64,000 nt of DNA from Chrysomallon squamiferum (lineage: Eukaryota > Animalia > Mollusca): positions 1,860,001-1,924,000 of the forward strand of contig CM022670.1 of NCBI GenBank assembly GCA_012295275.1, read 5' to 3'. Shown piece after piece: positions 49,594-64,000 of the stretch; position 1 is the first letter of the stretch, and each line of letters opens with the position of its first letter. Made by a program: the position numbers and the translations under genes. A model generated the notes under the pieces. That model searched no databases. It was not told where the DNA came from and saw nothing but the letters and a program-made list of their open reading frames with translations.

Positions 49594-49713
49594 TACGAGA
49601 ATCAAACTCAGTTCAGCCTTGTCTGACTGTCCTGTCACTGCCAACATACGACTGAACTCCAGCAAGCCGGTACTTAGTGAATGGAGACGTGACATTGGGA
49701 AAGCTATGGCTGC
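49594..49713 (+). pseudogene. Relic astacin-like paralogue fragment (mirror of 21946-22058)
   Basis: Reads YENQTQFS/LSDCPVTANIRLNSSKPVLSEWRRDIGKAM (1-nt frameshift) versus copy B YQSQSQLSLSDRPVIVNVQLSSSKPVHSKWIRQITYAI. Confidence 0.8.
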
Positions 49714-51052
49714 AAGGACTGGATGACTGGATGACTGGGTGGATTCTTGTCATCTCGTGTCATAAACTGCTGGAACTGTACTGGAAGACTGGGTCGATTC
49801 TAATGACGTCATGCGATCATTTCTTGGAGATGTTCTGGATGGCTGCGTGAATTCTTGTAATCTTAGATTATTTTAGTCGAAACTGTGTTGAATGACAGGA
49901 TGAATTCTGTTGGGAAACCGGAGTAGAATTCTGCTTATTTTTAATTTATTAAGCTTTCTCTGTAAATTAGAAATGGAAAAAATATATAATATTTACATAT
50001 TATAACCGAAATGAAATATTTGTCTAATCTTAGATTTATTCTTTACTCTGTTAGCTGTATATGTGTGATGGCAAAAAAACAAAAAAACCAAAAAAAACCA
50101 GCTTAAATATATTTTTATACCACAGAGAGATTAGTATCGTTATATCTGGACACTAATCTTTAAAAGTATTAAAATAAAACACAAAGATACCATTCCGAGA
50201 ATTTACCTTTTTTCTTCTTCTTCTTTTGAATAAAAACACGAAATAAAAGAGCCAAAAAGACAATAATCTTCTTACATTTTGATAATGATGATGATGATTA
50301 TGATGATAAATAAATAAATAAATAGTTCCCAACAATTATAATTATTACAAATTAAATTATACAATGATTTACCTTGAACAAGTATAACATCAGCAGTGAA
50401 TTTGTGGAAACTTTAGTCTGAGACATATTTTACACTAAATAAATCACTGCTTCACTGTCAGCTACCAGAAGCTAGTGGCAAAATATCGTTAGTAAATTTC
50501 TTAAACAAATGCGTCTTGTAATTAACGCCTAGAATATACATACATATATATATTTATGACGATATTCGGAATGTTGTTGTCAGGCCATTGAGGTAAATTC
50601 TCTGTTTGATGACGTCAGCTGGATAAAATAATGTTACAAATCAGTTACTACAATAATAATAATAATAATATTAATAATAATAATAATAATAATAAAATAA
50701 TAATAATAATAAAATATCAATAACAATAATAAATAAAAAAATGAGTAAATTAAATAACTAAACAGAAAGAAATATATTAAATTACCAAAAAAAATCCAGA
50801 ACTTCTGTTCAGACACACAAATCTCGGGGCGTTTAATAAACGTATAATTTTATCACCAAAGATAAAACGTTTTCAGACTTGCTTCAAACAACAGATATGA
50901 TGATGATGGTACTACGACAATAGCAGATCTCAATATTATTTTCTTTATACATATTTTTTTTTTTTTTTTTACAAATTTGAAACTGCCATTATTTAATTAA
51001 ATATTTTATTCATAATGTTTTTTCCCAGACTGCAAAATCATATACATGTATA

Positions 51053-51128
<76 letters not shown>

Positions 51129-52655
51129 TGGTTAATCCTTTAAACATCTAATCATGTACGATATATTTAAACCACTAATCTCAGTCATTCACATGTAGCC
51201 TTCAGAAAACATTAGAAATATTAATAATATAATAAAACACATCTGAACTAGATAAAAATTATTTTTGAGAAGCTGTTGATAACTGCAGGCATTACATTAT
51301 GGGGTTACCATAGCTACAAAACATACCAAGTTAACTCAGGTTCTGTGCGTTGGTGGGGACACGCTGTAGAATGTTCTTGAGACTAACAGAACGACCTGGC
51401 TTTGTATTCTTATGAAATGGAGGCTAGTGTATCTATCCATGTCCCGAGACGTCTAACGCAGTCGCATAAGACCCGTAATTAGCACTGTCGTGACGTAACG
51501 AGATCAGAACACCGCAACGGCCTTTACATTCTTGCTCCAAATCAGCACATACTACGCATACAGATCTCCCTTTGTCGGGTAGATAGCTACTCGATTTGGT
51601 TCGGCTCCAAGGGTATTCAGGAAACAAGTCATATATGTATTTCTATTCAGCCAACGTTAACTCAGTAGAAACACAATAACGCGAATTTAAAGAATATATG
51701 TTTTATATGATAATAGTTATTTACCGAGTAAGCTTACCATTCTTACACTGCCGATTACAAAGAGTTTTTATTTTATTGTAAAACTGAACTCTCTCTGTCT
51801 GTCAACCAAAACGCCATCTCTACTTTTATTGCCTAGAGAAGACTACATAGGGTGTCTCTTAACATTCCTGTCCCGGGAGTGGTGATGTGACTGTTTGGAA
51901 CTTTGGTAGACATGCAGGCACCGGTGTGTCCCACAAAACAACACCTAACCATAGCGTATATAATGTTCAAGGAAATCTAACATCAAAGATGTATTAAACA
52001 GGAGACTTCTGTCTCAGATACACTTAGGTTATGTAATTTTTAAGGGTAACATCTTAAAGAGGAGACTTTCGTCTTCGTCACAAAACCACCAACACAAACT
52101 AAACCATTTAAATATTATTGCAGCATTTGATTTGCTATATATCAGTTTATCCTGTGTAAAAGATTCTGATTTTTATATCGAACGCAAAGAAAATATTTAA
52201 TAATGGATATATATATATATATATATATTAAGAATATAAGAGTTTATATCTGTCTTGCATGTGTGTGTTTGTATGTGTTTACGGGTTCAGTTCATTCTAT
52301 ATTTGTAAGCGTTGTACATAAGGATTGTCAGACTTGTCATAATAGCATCTATATATTTTATACAGATTATACTATTTTTACTTTATCAAACCCGCATATA
52401 CTACTGAAAATATAAATTCATTTATTCGTGTTTTCTAATTTTGTAGACTGAACTGTATATACCTAGTGTTCCTACAGTAATTTGATTAGGAAGTATTTAA
52501 GGGAAAAAATATAATCATATTGGAATATTCTCTGAACTATGAGCTCATCTCACGCAATTACAAATTATAAAATAAATGCTATAATGTTTCGTTAATTGGA
52601 TTATGAACGCATATGTACTCAGTCTTATGAGATTTGCTGTACTTTTAAACAAGGC

Positions 52656-52749
<94 letters not shown>

Positions 52750-52758
52750 ATCTCTCTT

Positions 52759-52845
<87 letters not shown>

Positions 52846-53741
52846 ATAGAAATATCTAGATGATTCAGCGTCATTAAAATCACTTTTATGTAATGTATTC
52901 AGAACACAATTAAAACCTGTGAAATTATTAACTAGACAATTATCATAATATTAATTTTATTACACTATCAAAAAAAAATATAATAACAACATTCTCTGTA
53001 TTATAAAATATACTAATAACAAAATTATCTTTATTATAAATTATACATCAGCTGACTTATATTCTTTTAAATTAAAAGTGCTGTACAGTAGTGTTCTCAT
53101 AAGTAAGCCTACTGTATGCTATCATTTATAATAAGAACTATATAAAAGTTTTATTATAAGTAATATATTGTTACCGTAAGAAACATATTATACTTTTTTT
53201 CATTAATACTTTATTATGCTTTTATAATATAATATATTACGAACATTTTTCAATACTGTATGTTATATTACACACTTCAATGCTCTTAAGTGACCTTGTT
53301 GGATTTATTTGTGCCCTAATAAAATACATTAAATATTATGCGTGATATTTTGATTTAAGGTGTGTCTGCAAAAACAGCAGCTGAGGTTCAGTGGTTACAG
53401 AGGAAGCCTGGGACAATAATGGGTCGCAAGATCAGTACTCATAAGCGCCCCTGTTGGGTTTATTTGTGCCCAGCTCAGTTTCATATTACTTGATTACTGC
53501 AAGATTAGTTCTTCTGTATATGTGAAGAGCATGTATCACACAATCTTCTTTCGTAATTTTCATTTTACTAGTAATGTTTATATGTATACGTGTGTGTACA
53601 TATATATATATTTGCGAAAACACACATACACATATATACACAGTAATTATAAACATTATGTTCACTGAATTATGTTGTTACTCTCAAAAATATACTATTC
53701 ATGATAAAACTTTCATATTACATTGAATAGCAATAAAAATA

Positions 53742-53830
<89 letters not shown>

Positions 53831-54262
53831 ATATATATATATATATATATATTATAACACTTTCTCTATTTCTTACATTCAGTTTTATTTTTCCTTCGGG
53901 TCACATTTTGATCATTAATAGTCTAGCTGTTTTAAATTTGATAGAGTATTGTGGTTGTTATTTATATTATTAATCTTAGTCTGTAACAGCACTGATAATT
54001 ATATAAAAATATTAGTTGATCATATGAAAAAAGCCAACTGTTTCTACACCCATTTAAGCTGTATATAATGTTTGTAATTTTATACACAAAGGCTTGCGGC
54101 ACTGTCATAGTCACGTGACTAGGATATTTAGAGCAGAACTCTACAGGTTATTCAATCTGGTATTCTGTCTGTACGAGACTCAACAACGGCAGACAAAAAG
54201 TATCTGGCGGTAACTGAAGAAGACCACTTCAAAGTAAACCGAAAAAGGCTGCACAATTCGTT

Positions 54263-55243
54263 ATGGAACTGAATACTGGCGATAGCCAAGAACCGTGTGT
54301 TCAGTTCTACAAGAAACAAAGTTGTCGGAGCCTGGCTGACAGTCCTGTCATTGTCAACGTATTCCTGAGCACCAGCGAGCCGGTACATAGCAAATGGATA
54401 CCTCAAATAACGTACGCAATACAGGAAATCAATGTGGCCGCTCCGGGTCTCGTATTACAAATGTCCACGTCGGAGAATTCCAAAATTACAATAGTTGGTG
54501 CAGAAAATGATGAGGCGTTTTGCAAAGGAAATATAGGTCGGCCGGATGACGTTGTTGTATCGCTCGGCAATAAATTCCCTGTTTCTAAAGGGACCGCAAT
54601 TCACGAACTTATGCACGCGCTAGGATTTGGGCACGAACATCAACGTCAAGATTCTCCTGTTGATATAAAAGTGAAGACAGATAATCCTTGGTATCCACAG
54701 TTCGCCGCTAATGATGACTTTCTGGGTCTGACTCGGTACGACGTGTTCAGCGTTATGCACTACCCAGAAAGTGAAGATCTAGTACGGAGGCCCGATCAGG
54801 ACAATGTCTGGAAGCTGAAATCGTCGAGCCTGGTTAACGAGGAATTGAGCGAACTTGATAAAGTAGGCTTAAACTTGATCTTCCCACCGTATAAAAAACC
54901 GGGTTACGAACCAAAACGATGCTCCGAAAATGGAATGGCTTATTGTGGAAGACAAGTCATGAAGTTTAACAATCGCCCCTGTCCGACAAATACGGATGAA
55001 AGATGCGGACCGAACAACGGTCCAAACTGTCCAGCCTGCCGCGTGCTGAGATCCGACACCGTAGAGAAATTCACTGGAAAGGGGCGGTGGCAGGGCTGGT
55101 CAGGGTGGGTGTACTGTGGACGGGAATTCGACTACTTAAAATGGAATTCAGGTCATGATGGCTATTGCGGACCAGATAATGGAGAACCGTGCAAAGACTG
55201 TTTTAAAATGTTGTGTCCTGGTATCAAACACTTCAATGAGTAA
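54263..55243 (+). CDS. Intronless astacin-like zinc metalloprotease with two Cys4 repeats, copy C, 326 aa
   Basis: HELMHALGFGHEHQRQD, SVMHY, AYCGR...CGPNNGPNCPAC and VYCGR...CGPDNGEPCKDC; positional mirror of copy A and colinear with A residues 27-352. Confidence 0.9.
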   Translation: MELNTGDSQEPCVQFYKKQSCRSLADSPVIVNVFLSTSEPVHSKWIPQITYAIQEINVAAPGLVLQMSTSENSKITIVGAENDEAFCKGNIGRPDDVVVSLGNKFPVSKGTAIHELMHALGFGHEHQRQDSPVDIKVKTDNPWYPQFAANDDFLGLTRYDVFSVMHYPESEDLVRRPDQDNVWKLKSSSLVNEELSELDKVGLNLIFPPYKKPGYEPKRCSENGMAYCGRQVMKFNNRPCPTNTDERCGPNNGPNCPACRVLRSDTVEKFTGKGRWQGWSGWVYCGREFDYLKWNSGHDGYCGPDNGEPCKDCFKMLCPGIKHFNE

Positions 55244-58200
55244 CATTAAAATTTAAACATGTGACGTCTTTGTAGGAGTGATTCTATTAGATATGAGTTT
55301 TTATTAAAGAGTAAATGTGAAGATGACAGTGAACTGGTAGCTCTCTAGTGACGGTATTGGAAAAACAATGTACAAAAATGTAGGCCTATATGTTTTCATT
55401 TAATGTATTTTTTTAATTTTTAACACAATTATTTAATCTGAGTAAGCAATGATGCGTGCATTTGTGTGTATTATTTCTTTCAATATTTTTTGTTATATAA
55501 TGGTATGTAGAATAATGTTTTGTAACAATGCACATTCATTTTATATATAATAATACAAAGATAACCAATGTTTTAACATTTTTATTATTGTATATATTTA
55601 CAGATACATTTTATGTCATTTTCAAAAACAAAAACTGTGTTTAGTGATTTATCATCTCTTTCTTTGCTTTTTCTTGTCTTTTTTAATTCTATATTTTAAA
55701 AACATTAATAATGAAGCCTATTTTATTATATATGTTTTTACTTATCAGAACAAGTATATAACATATCGTAAGTAAACCTTTTTATACTTTGGAGACAACC
55801 AAATATAAATATATTTACAAAAATTTACATAATTTACATTTAGTAAATACCTGAAATTAAGAAACAACTGTAAATCTTTACAACATATCTAAAGACAATG
55901 TAAGAGTAAAACTTAATTATTGAAATTCACTATTTTAGATTGAATGTCACGAGATATTTCTAAATTCCTTGAAAAGCAGAAGAAAGTTAGTCAATCCTGA
56001 TTTTGACGAAAAAAAAAAAAAAAAAAAGGTATTTGAATTTTTGTATTTCTGCATTTGACGATTTATCAGGAACATTGCCGAGTCTTCAGACTTCCAAACA
56101 GAATAATTTCTGAATTCCTAAATGAATCTTTATCAGGTTGTCATCCAGTAAAGAGCAGGGTAAGGGCTGAAAGACTGGGTGTGTTCTACTGTCATAATCC
56201 GACAGTTTACATAAACAGTTCTAAATGTAAGGACTGGATGGATTCTTGTCATAAACTGCTGGAACTGTACTGGAAGACCGCATCGATTCTAATGACGTCA
56301 TGCGATCATTTCTTGGAGTTGTTCTGGATGGCTGCGTGAATTCTTGTAATCTTAAATGATTTTAGTCGAAACTGTGTTGAATGACAGGATGAATTATGTT
56401 GGGAAACCGGATTAGAATTCTGCTTATTTTTAATTTATTAAGCTTTCTCTGTAAATTAGAAATGGAAAAAAATATATAATATTTACATATTATAACCGAA
56501 ATGAAATATTTTTTGAAATTTAGATTTATTCTTAATTCTATTAACTGTATATATGTGATGGCAATGAAAGAAAAAAAAAGCTTAAATATATTTTTGTACA
56601 ACAGAGAGAATAGTATGGTTACATCTTGACACTAATCTTTCAAAATGAATAATATAATAAAACATATCTGAACTAGATAAAAAATATTTTTAAATGCTAT
56701 TGAACAAATCTTGAATCACTATTTCATTCGGATAACGGCAAAACTTACATTATGGTTACCATAGCTACCATTACGTTTCATAATATTTCAGGTTCTGTGC
56801 GTTGGTAGGATAAGCTGTAGAATGTTCTTGAGACCAATAGAACAATCTGGCTTTGTATTCTTATGAAATGAATCTAGTGTATATATATATATATATATAT
56901 ACACCTAATATTCCTACAGTGATTTGATTAAGAAGTATTTAAGGGGAAAAAATGTATCTGACAATAATCATAAATGTATTAATTACGATTTAATATTTAA
57001 CAATGTTTCATTCTGATTTCCATTCATACACTACAGAACGTGCTGAACTAAATTACTCGTGTTTAAACAAACTGCTATTTAACTTCTGTTTGCCACGTAT
57101 GATAGAGTGATAAATATTCTCTGAAATAAGAGCTACAACCCACCTCTAAAATCACGCAATTACAAATTGCAAAATAAATGCTATATTGTTTCGTTGAATG
57201 GAATATGAACACTTGTGCAGTCAGTTTATTCATGTTTTAGCCTATTAAATGAACCATATCTTCTTCAGCTGAGTGAATACACAACAAGCAAACTGTTTTG
57301 AGCTCATTTCAAGATATTATCTTGTACTTTACATCCAGTACCCTTGGACGAAGTCTACTGTTACCGTAACTTTATATTGTCCTTGTTACTTACCATACTG
57401 AATAAACAGATTTTGTCAGTAGGGATCGAAGTGTTGTAATTAAATGCGGCTCACCACTCTTCAGCTTGTTGTTATCATGGTTTACTGGTGTGGGTTTTGG
57501 TGGTGGGTTTTAAAAAACCATATATGCGCGTTTATAAAGGAAATATCCACTTACGTGTAAAATAAATTTTTATTGTCTTCAAGAGAAGAAAAGCTAATAT
57601 TTCGTCCTAGCTACTTTACATTGTGTTACATTTAGAACGAGCGCGAACAAGCCAACCAGAAAGTTCACGACGAGTCAAGCAGATACGGTTATATCCTCAA
57701 AAACGTGATCGCAAAACGTCTGACGAAAAAGCATAACTTAGGCAGTTAAAATGAAAGAAGGTTATCAAAAGTGATCTGCTTCTTGGAAAAGTAAATAACC
57801 GTAAAATCCAGCAACCGTTGCATATTTTCAGATAATCTTATCTAAAAAACTGGATACAAAGAAATGTCTTTACCTATACACCGAGGTGTCTTAAATTAAA
57901 CCCGTGATGTTTTTACAATTCTTAGCCCGTTCTTTATCACTGATAAGGAACACAATTAAGATAAATATAATATACTACCAATTGTAAAGCAATGAGATTA
58001 GAATAAAAAGTTCAAACTGTTAAAACGAGTGTTCTAAATACAAACAGAATTTAATAAAAATAAAAATAAAATTATATATAAATCAAATTAAAATACCATT
58101 AACCAATGATGAAGTCTTACAAACTGGTCAGATCAAATCAATACCAGAACGTTCTGATTTTCTAAGTTTATAATATTAAGCAAGACACTTCAAAATTATC

Positions 58201-58592
58201 ATAATTTTTCGAGGATCCCGCACTAAATACTTGCATGCTATAAAAATCATTACTGTTGTCCTGATAACTTTTTTGTTGATATATTTTTAAACTGATATAT
58301 CAAATAATATTATTTTCAGTACATTAATTCATGACAGGGTGACTTTTTATAGCCCCGACTAATTTACTCCGACCCTGGCAGACTTCATTTTAATTGGCAG
58401 TGAATCAGCTAATACATCTTTATGTCTTTAATTTATACTATTAACGCATAAAACGTTCAGAAAACCCACCGCCATAGTTACTTACTGCTAGCAGCCATGG
58501 CTGTTTGTTGACAATAAATAAATATGTAAATAAACAGTTTCTAGTAACAAAAATGAAATAAAGAATTAAGTACAATAAGTGCTGCTGTTGCT

Positions 58593-58626
<34 letters not shown>

Positions 58627-58628
58627 AT

Positions 58629-58664
<36 letters not shown>

Positions 58665-59741
58665 GACTAATACTAATAATAATAATAATAATAAATTACT
58701 ACTACTACTACTACTGCTGCTGCTGCTACTATTACTACTACAACTACTACTACATTAACTACTACTACTACTACAACCATTACTAGTACTACTACTACGA
58801 CTAATAATAATAATAATAATAAATTACAGTATGATCAAATAAAGAAACAAAGAAACAAATAAATAAATAAAACTGACTCGTACTAAATTATAAACAGTAA
58901 CCCCAAACCAGACGAACCTGACTTCGATCGATTTACGTCTGCTAGTAAGTGAAGACATCCAGTCGTCCCTAGCAACGATATGGCATATATTATGTTATTT
59001 GCCTCGAGAACCAATGAAAAGCCGATATTCCATTGATATGAAACAGGTCACACGCCTAGATGAAATGAGGAATGCGCTGCATAGTTTCCTCGCGCAGGAA
59101 ATAATAGCATTCGGATTAAAAGGTCGTTTGGCTAACGAAGGAACACGGAAAGGAAAATCCAAAAACAAGGAGGGAAAAAGCGTTTGAGGGTAAGGCGTTG
59201 TTCGTGAATTTTGCGGCAGTCATTTTAATGCTAATGTTTTATCGTTCATTACATCACACTAGTCCGACTGAATAACGTGTTAATGTTCTCATTGTTTTCC
59301 ATGAGACTTAGTAATCTAGTTTCAATATGCATGCGTTGATACATAATTCATTTGTAAGGATTGTCAGATTTCTTGTTATAGCTATTACTGGCAGGAAATC
59401 TGTATCGCTGTGCAATGATTAAGTTAGACAGAAAATATCAGAAATAATTATTTAATAAAAATGTAAAAAAAATAATAGAAACAGCTTAAGAGAGATACAT
59501 ATGACAGTACATACATACATACATACATACATACATACATACATACATACATACATACATACATACATACATGCATGCATGCATACATACATACATACAT
59601 ACATACATGCATACATACATACATACATACATACATACATACATCCATGCATGCACATAAACATACGTATGCGTACATTTATACATAGAGAGAAACTGAA
59701 CGAAAGAACGGTATGAGACAGAGAATGAGACACATCCTAAC

Positions 59742-59914
<173 letters not shown>

Positions 59915-61386
59915 TATAAATAAGTTTCTTTTATCTTCCCCTATTAAAACAATACTTAGATCTAGTCTCTTTGTTGCATCATCCACCATAAAATACCAGC
60001 CCAGTCAATACTGGTTATAGTACTAAAAAAAAAGAAAAACGATAGCAGAATTAAAGATAAACGAAACAAATACTTGACACTGTAAATATAAACCAGGATG
60101 TAGGAGTAGTGTTAATGAACTCGTGTTTATCTGTGTTTCAGTTAATATTACATATTTAAATCCGCCTTATGTAGAAACATATATAATATAGTATACGTGG
60201 TATATCTTAGTATAGTACAGTACAGTATAGCAGAGCATTGTACAGCATACCCTAGTGTAACATAGTGTGCATATACTTCTTTTCAAAAATTAGAAAAAAA
60301 TAATAAATGCTGAATGCAGTTTGTGGTTTCAATACTTGACAATGTAATAACATAGGATACACCAGAAGTGTTGAACTCGACATTAATCACTGAACTTGAC
60401 GACCTCACATTTAAATGAATCTTAAGTACATACGTATATCCTCTTTTTATATTCTCTTCTTTTCAATGCAGGTTTTCCTATTGAAATGAAGATGAAAATT
60501 ATGAAAGCTGAAACCAGTTTCTCACAGTTCGTCGCTTCAAAGCAGGCTAAAAGAAGTTACTTTGGAAAACAAGGAATTTTAATTAAAAATTATCAGAGTT
60601 AACCGTGACACACAGTCAAAATATGGTAAGTAATACACTATTCTTTACTATGCTACACTGTGCTATACTTTATATTCTGTTCTATAGTACTATACTATAC
60701 TATTCTATACTATTGTGACAGGTAGTCGAAATATGGCATGTGATATATCTGTACTATACTATGCTATGCTATGCAGTGCTATGCTGTGCTGTGCTATGCT
60801 ATACTATACTATCTATACTATTCTATACTAGACTGTATTATACAATATTATACAATACTACACTATACAACACTATACTGTACGATATTGTACTATACAG
60901 TTCTATACTATACTATATTTTACTATATTAAACTATACTTTACTGTACCATACTATTCTGTACTGTATTGTACTGCATTGTACTGTTCTATATACTATAT
61001 ACTAAATTATACTATATCAGAGTCAACTGTGACAGATGGTCGAAATAATGTACTATACTATAGTATACTATACTTATTATACTGTACTATACTGTTCTAT
61101 ACAGTACTATACTATACTGTACTGGACTGTACTGAACTGTTCTCTACCATACTATACAGTTTTAACGAGAAATAACATATTTTAATATTAGTGTTGTCAA
61201 AACATAATCAGTGTTAAATATGTTATGAGTTAGTAGATACCAAAACAACATAGTAACAGTCAATCTTAAATATGTTAGTTGAAGATTAAATCGCAGATGC
61301 CAAATAAAAGTCAATATTAAAATAAAGCAGATACCAAAACATTAAATAAGTGAAGCTGCCGTTTAAACTTGTGTTTATACATTGTC

Positions 61387-61448
<62 letters not shown>

Positions 61449-61864
61449 TAATAATAATAATAATAATTTAAAAAAAATTATTTCAGTAAGTAAATTGAAA
61501 CCTCTCTGTACGCTTACTAAAGACGACATGTAAAATTATGAAACTACGGGAGTTAAAACTTTCATTCATTCAGAGTGTAGATAACCAATAAAAAATAATT
61601 CAAAAAAACAACAAAAAAACAATCGTAAATTTCTCAAACTTTTACAAATATCATTATTGTTCATGAAGAACGGTATCATTAATGCTACATTCCTTAATTC
61701 CAAAGAAACTTTATTTTGCATAGCATATGAAAAAAAATTAATATAAAAATAAACAATATTCCTCAACGCAGTCGTAAATCCTTTTAAGTTGTAAGTGACA
61801 CTTCTGATAATGTCCTGTAACGATTTGAATCACAAAGCGATATACAAATATGAAGAGTCAAAAA

Positions 61865-63013
<1,149 letters not shown>

Positions 63014-63070
63014 ATTAGGAAGTAATTTGTGTTTTTTATTACTGTTGTAATTTTAAATCATTTCTCACAG

Positions 63071-63291
63071 CTGGATGATGATGTTGAGACTCTGAAGATT
63101 GCTCATCCAATCATTGGAATAATAGTCACAGTCCTCGTTTTCTTCAATGTGAGTTGTTATTGTTGTTGTTGCTATTATTATTATTATTATTTCTATTATT
63201 AGTATTATTATTATTATGATTATTATCATTACTATTATGATGATTATTATTATTATGATTATTATTATTATTGTTATTATTGCCTTTATTA

Positions 63292-63343
<52 letters not shown>

Positions 63344-63677
63344 TGCTTTAATTGCTTTTGTTTTTGCCATTGCTATTATTATTATTATTACTGTTGTTAG
63401 TGTCCTTATTATCCTTGTTATTATTAAAGGTTTTAATACTGCTACTAATATTACCACAACTACTAATTACTACAAGTACTACTGCTACAACTTCTGCTAC
63501 TTCTATTACTACTGCTGATACTACTATTATAATTCCATTTCTGGTACAGTTAACATATTAAGTATTTTCCTTTGCAGCCTATAATGGCAATATTTCGACC
63601 TCATCCTGGGACAAAGAACAGACCAATATTCAACTGGGCTCACTGGGGAGTTGGGACAGCAGCTCATATTTTAGGAG
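63071..63677 (+). CDS. FRRS1: Two internal exons of a cytochrome b561 / ferric-chelate reductase 1-like protein
   Basis: Exon 63071-63148 (TCACAG|LDDDVETLKIAHPIIGIIVTVLVFFN|GTGAGT) and exon 63578-63677 (TTGCAG|PIMAIFRPHPGTKNRPIFNWAHWGVGTAAHILG|GTAAGC). HPxxG and FRP...R..FNW.H...G are haem-ligand motifs of DOMON-cytochrome b561 proteins. Confidence 0.8.
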
Positions 63678-63754
63678 GTAAGCCTGGTTTAATACATGTA
63701 ACAGTGTAAGTGTACAAACACAACCGTTACACATTTGAGTAAAATTGTTTTACT

Positions 63755-64000
63755 GCTACTAGTATTGCTACTGCTGCTGCTTCTGCTCCTAATGCTACTA
63801 TTACATCTACTACTAGTACTACTACTAATACTGTTACTACTACTACTACTACTGTACTACTACTACTGTTACTACTACTACTAGTACTACTAATACTGTT
63901 ACTACTACTACTACTACTGTACTACTACTGTTACTACTACTACTACTATTATTACTACTACTACTATTACTACTACTACTACTGTTACTACTACTACTAC
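63755..64000. repeat. (TAC)n microsatellite
   Basis: Directly visible. Confidence 0.95.

Overview
AT-rich, microsatellite-dense animal (invertebrate-type, possibly mollusc) genomic DNA with GT-AG introns and one 200-N scaffold gap at 28167-28366. Genes read from the sequence: (1) a two-coding-exon core-2/I-branching beta-1,6-GlcNAc transferase (5644-7391, minus); (2) four intronless astacin-signature zinc metalloprotease ORFs that lack a signal peptide and end in two Cys4 'YCxR...CGPxNGxxCxxC' repeats (16505-17563, 23473-24549, 47094-48170, 54263-55243), plus relics of further copies; (3) SLC7/LAT-type amino acid transporter genes: one complete 11-exon gene at 36845-44801, a tandem paralogue cut off at the gap, and a 2-exon mirror copy; (4) two orphan exons of a cytochrome b561/FRRS1-like gene at the far right. 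The dominant structure is an ~18.2 kb inverted duplication (~9912-28166 vs 43621-~61864). One arm ends at the gap and the other in a degenerate GA tract, so it may be two haplotypes mis-scaffolded rather than a true palindrome. The best candidate for a new system is the protease cluster. One mirrored pair differs by 1 aa, while the other differs at about 81 of 326 aa, with almost all inspected changes non-synonymous, mosaic exchange between paralogues and a relocated start codon. This is the pattern expected of a rapidly diversifying intracellular defence/conflict protease family (inference). All alignments and counts were done by eye.
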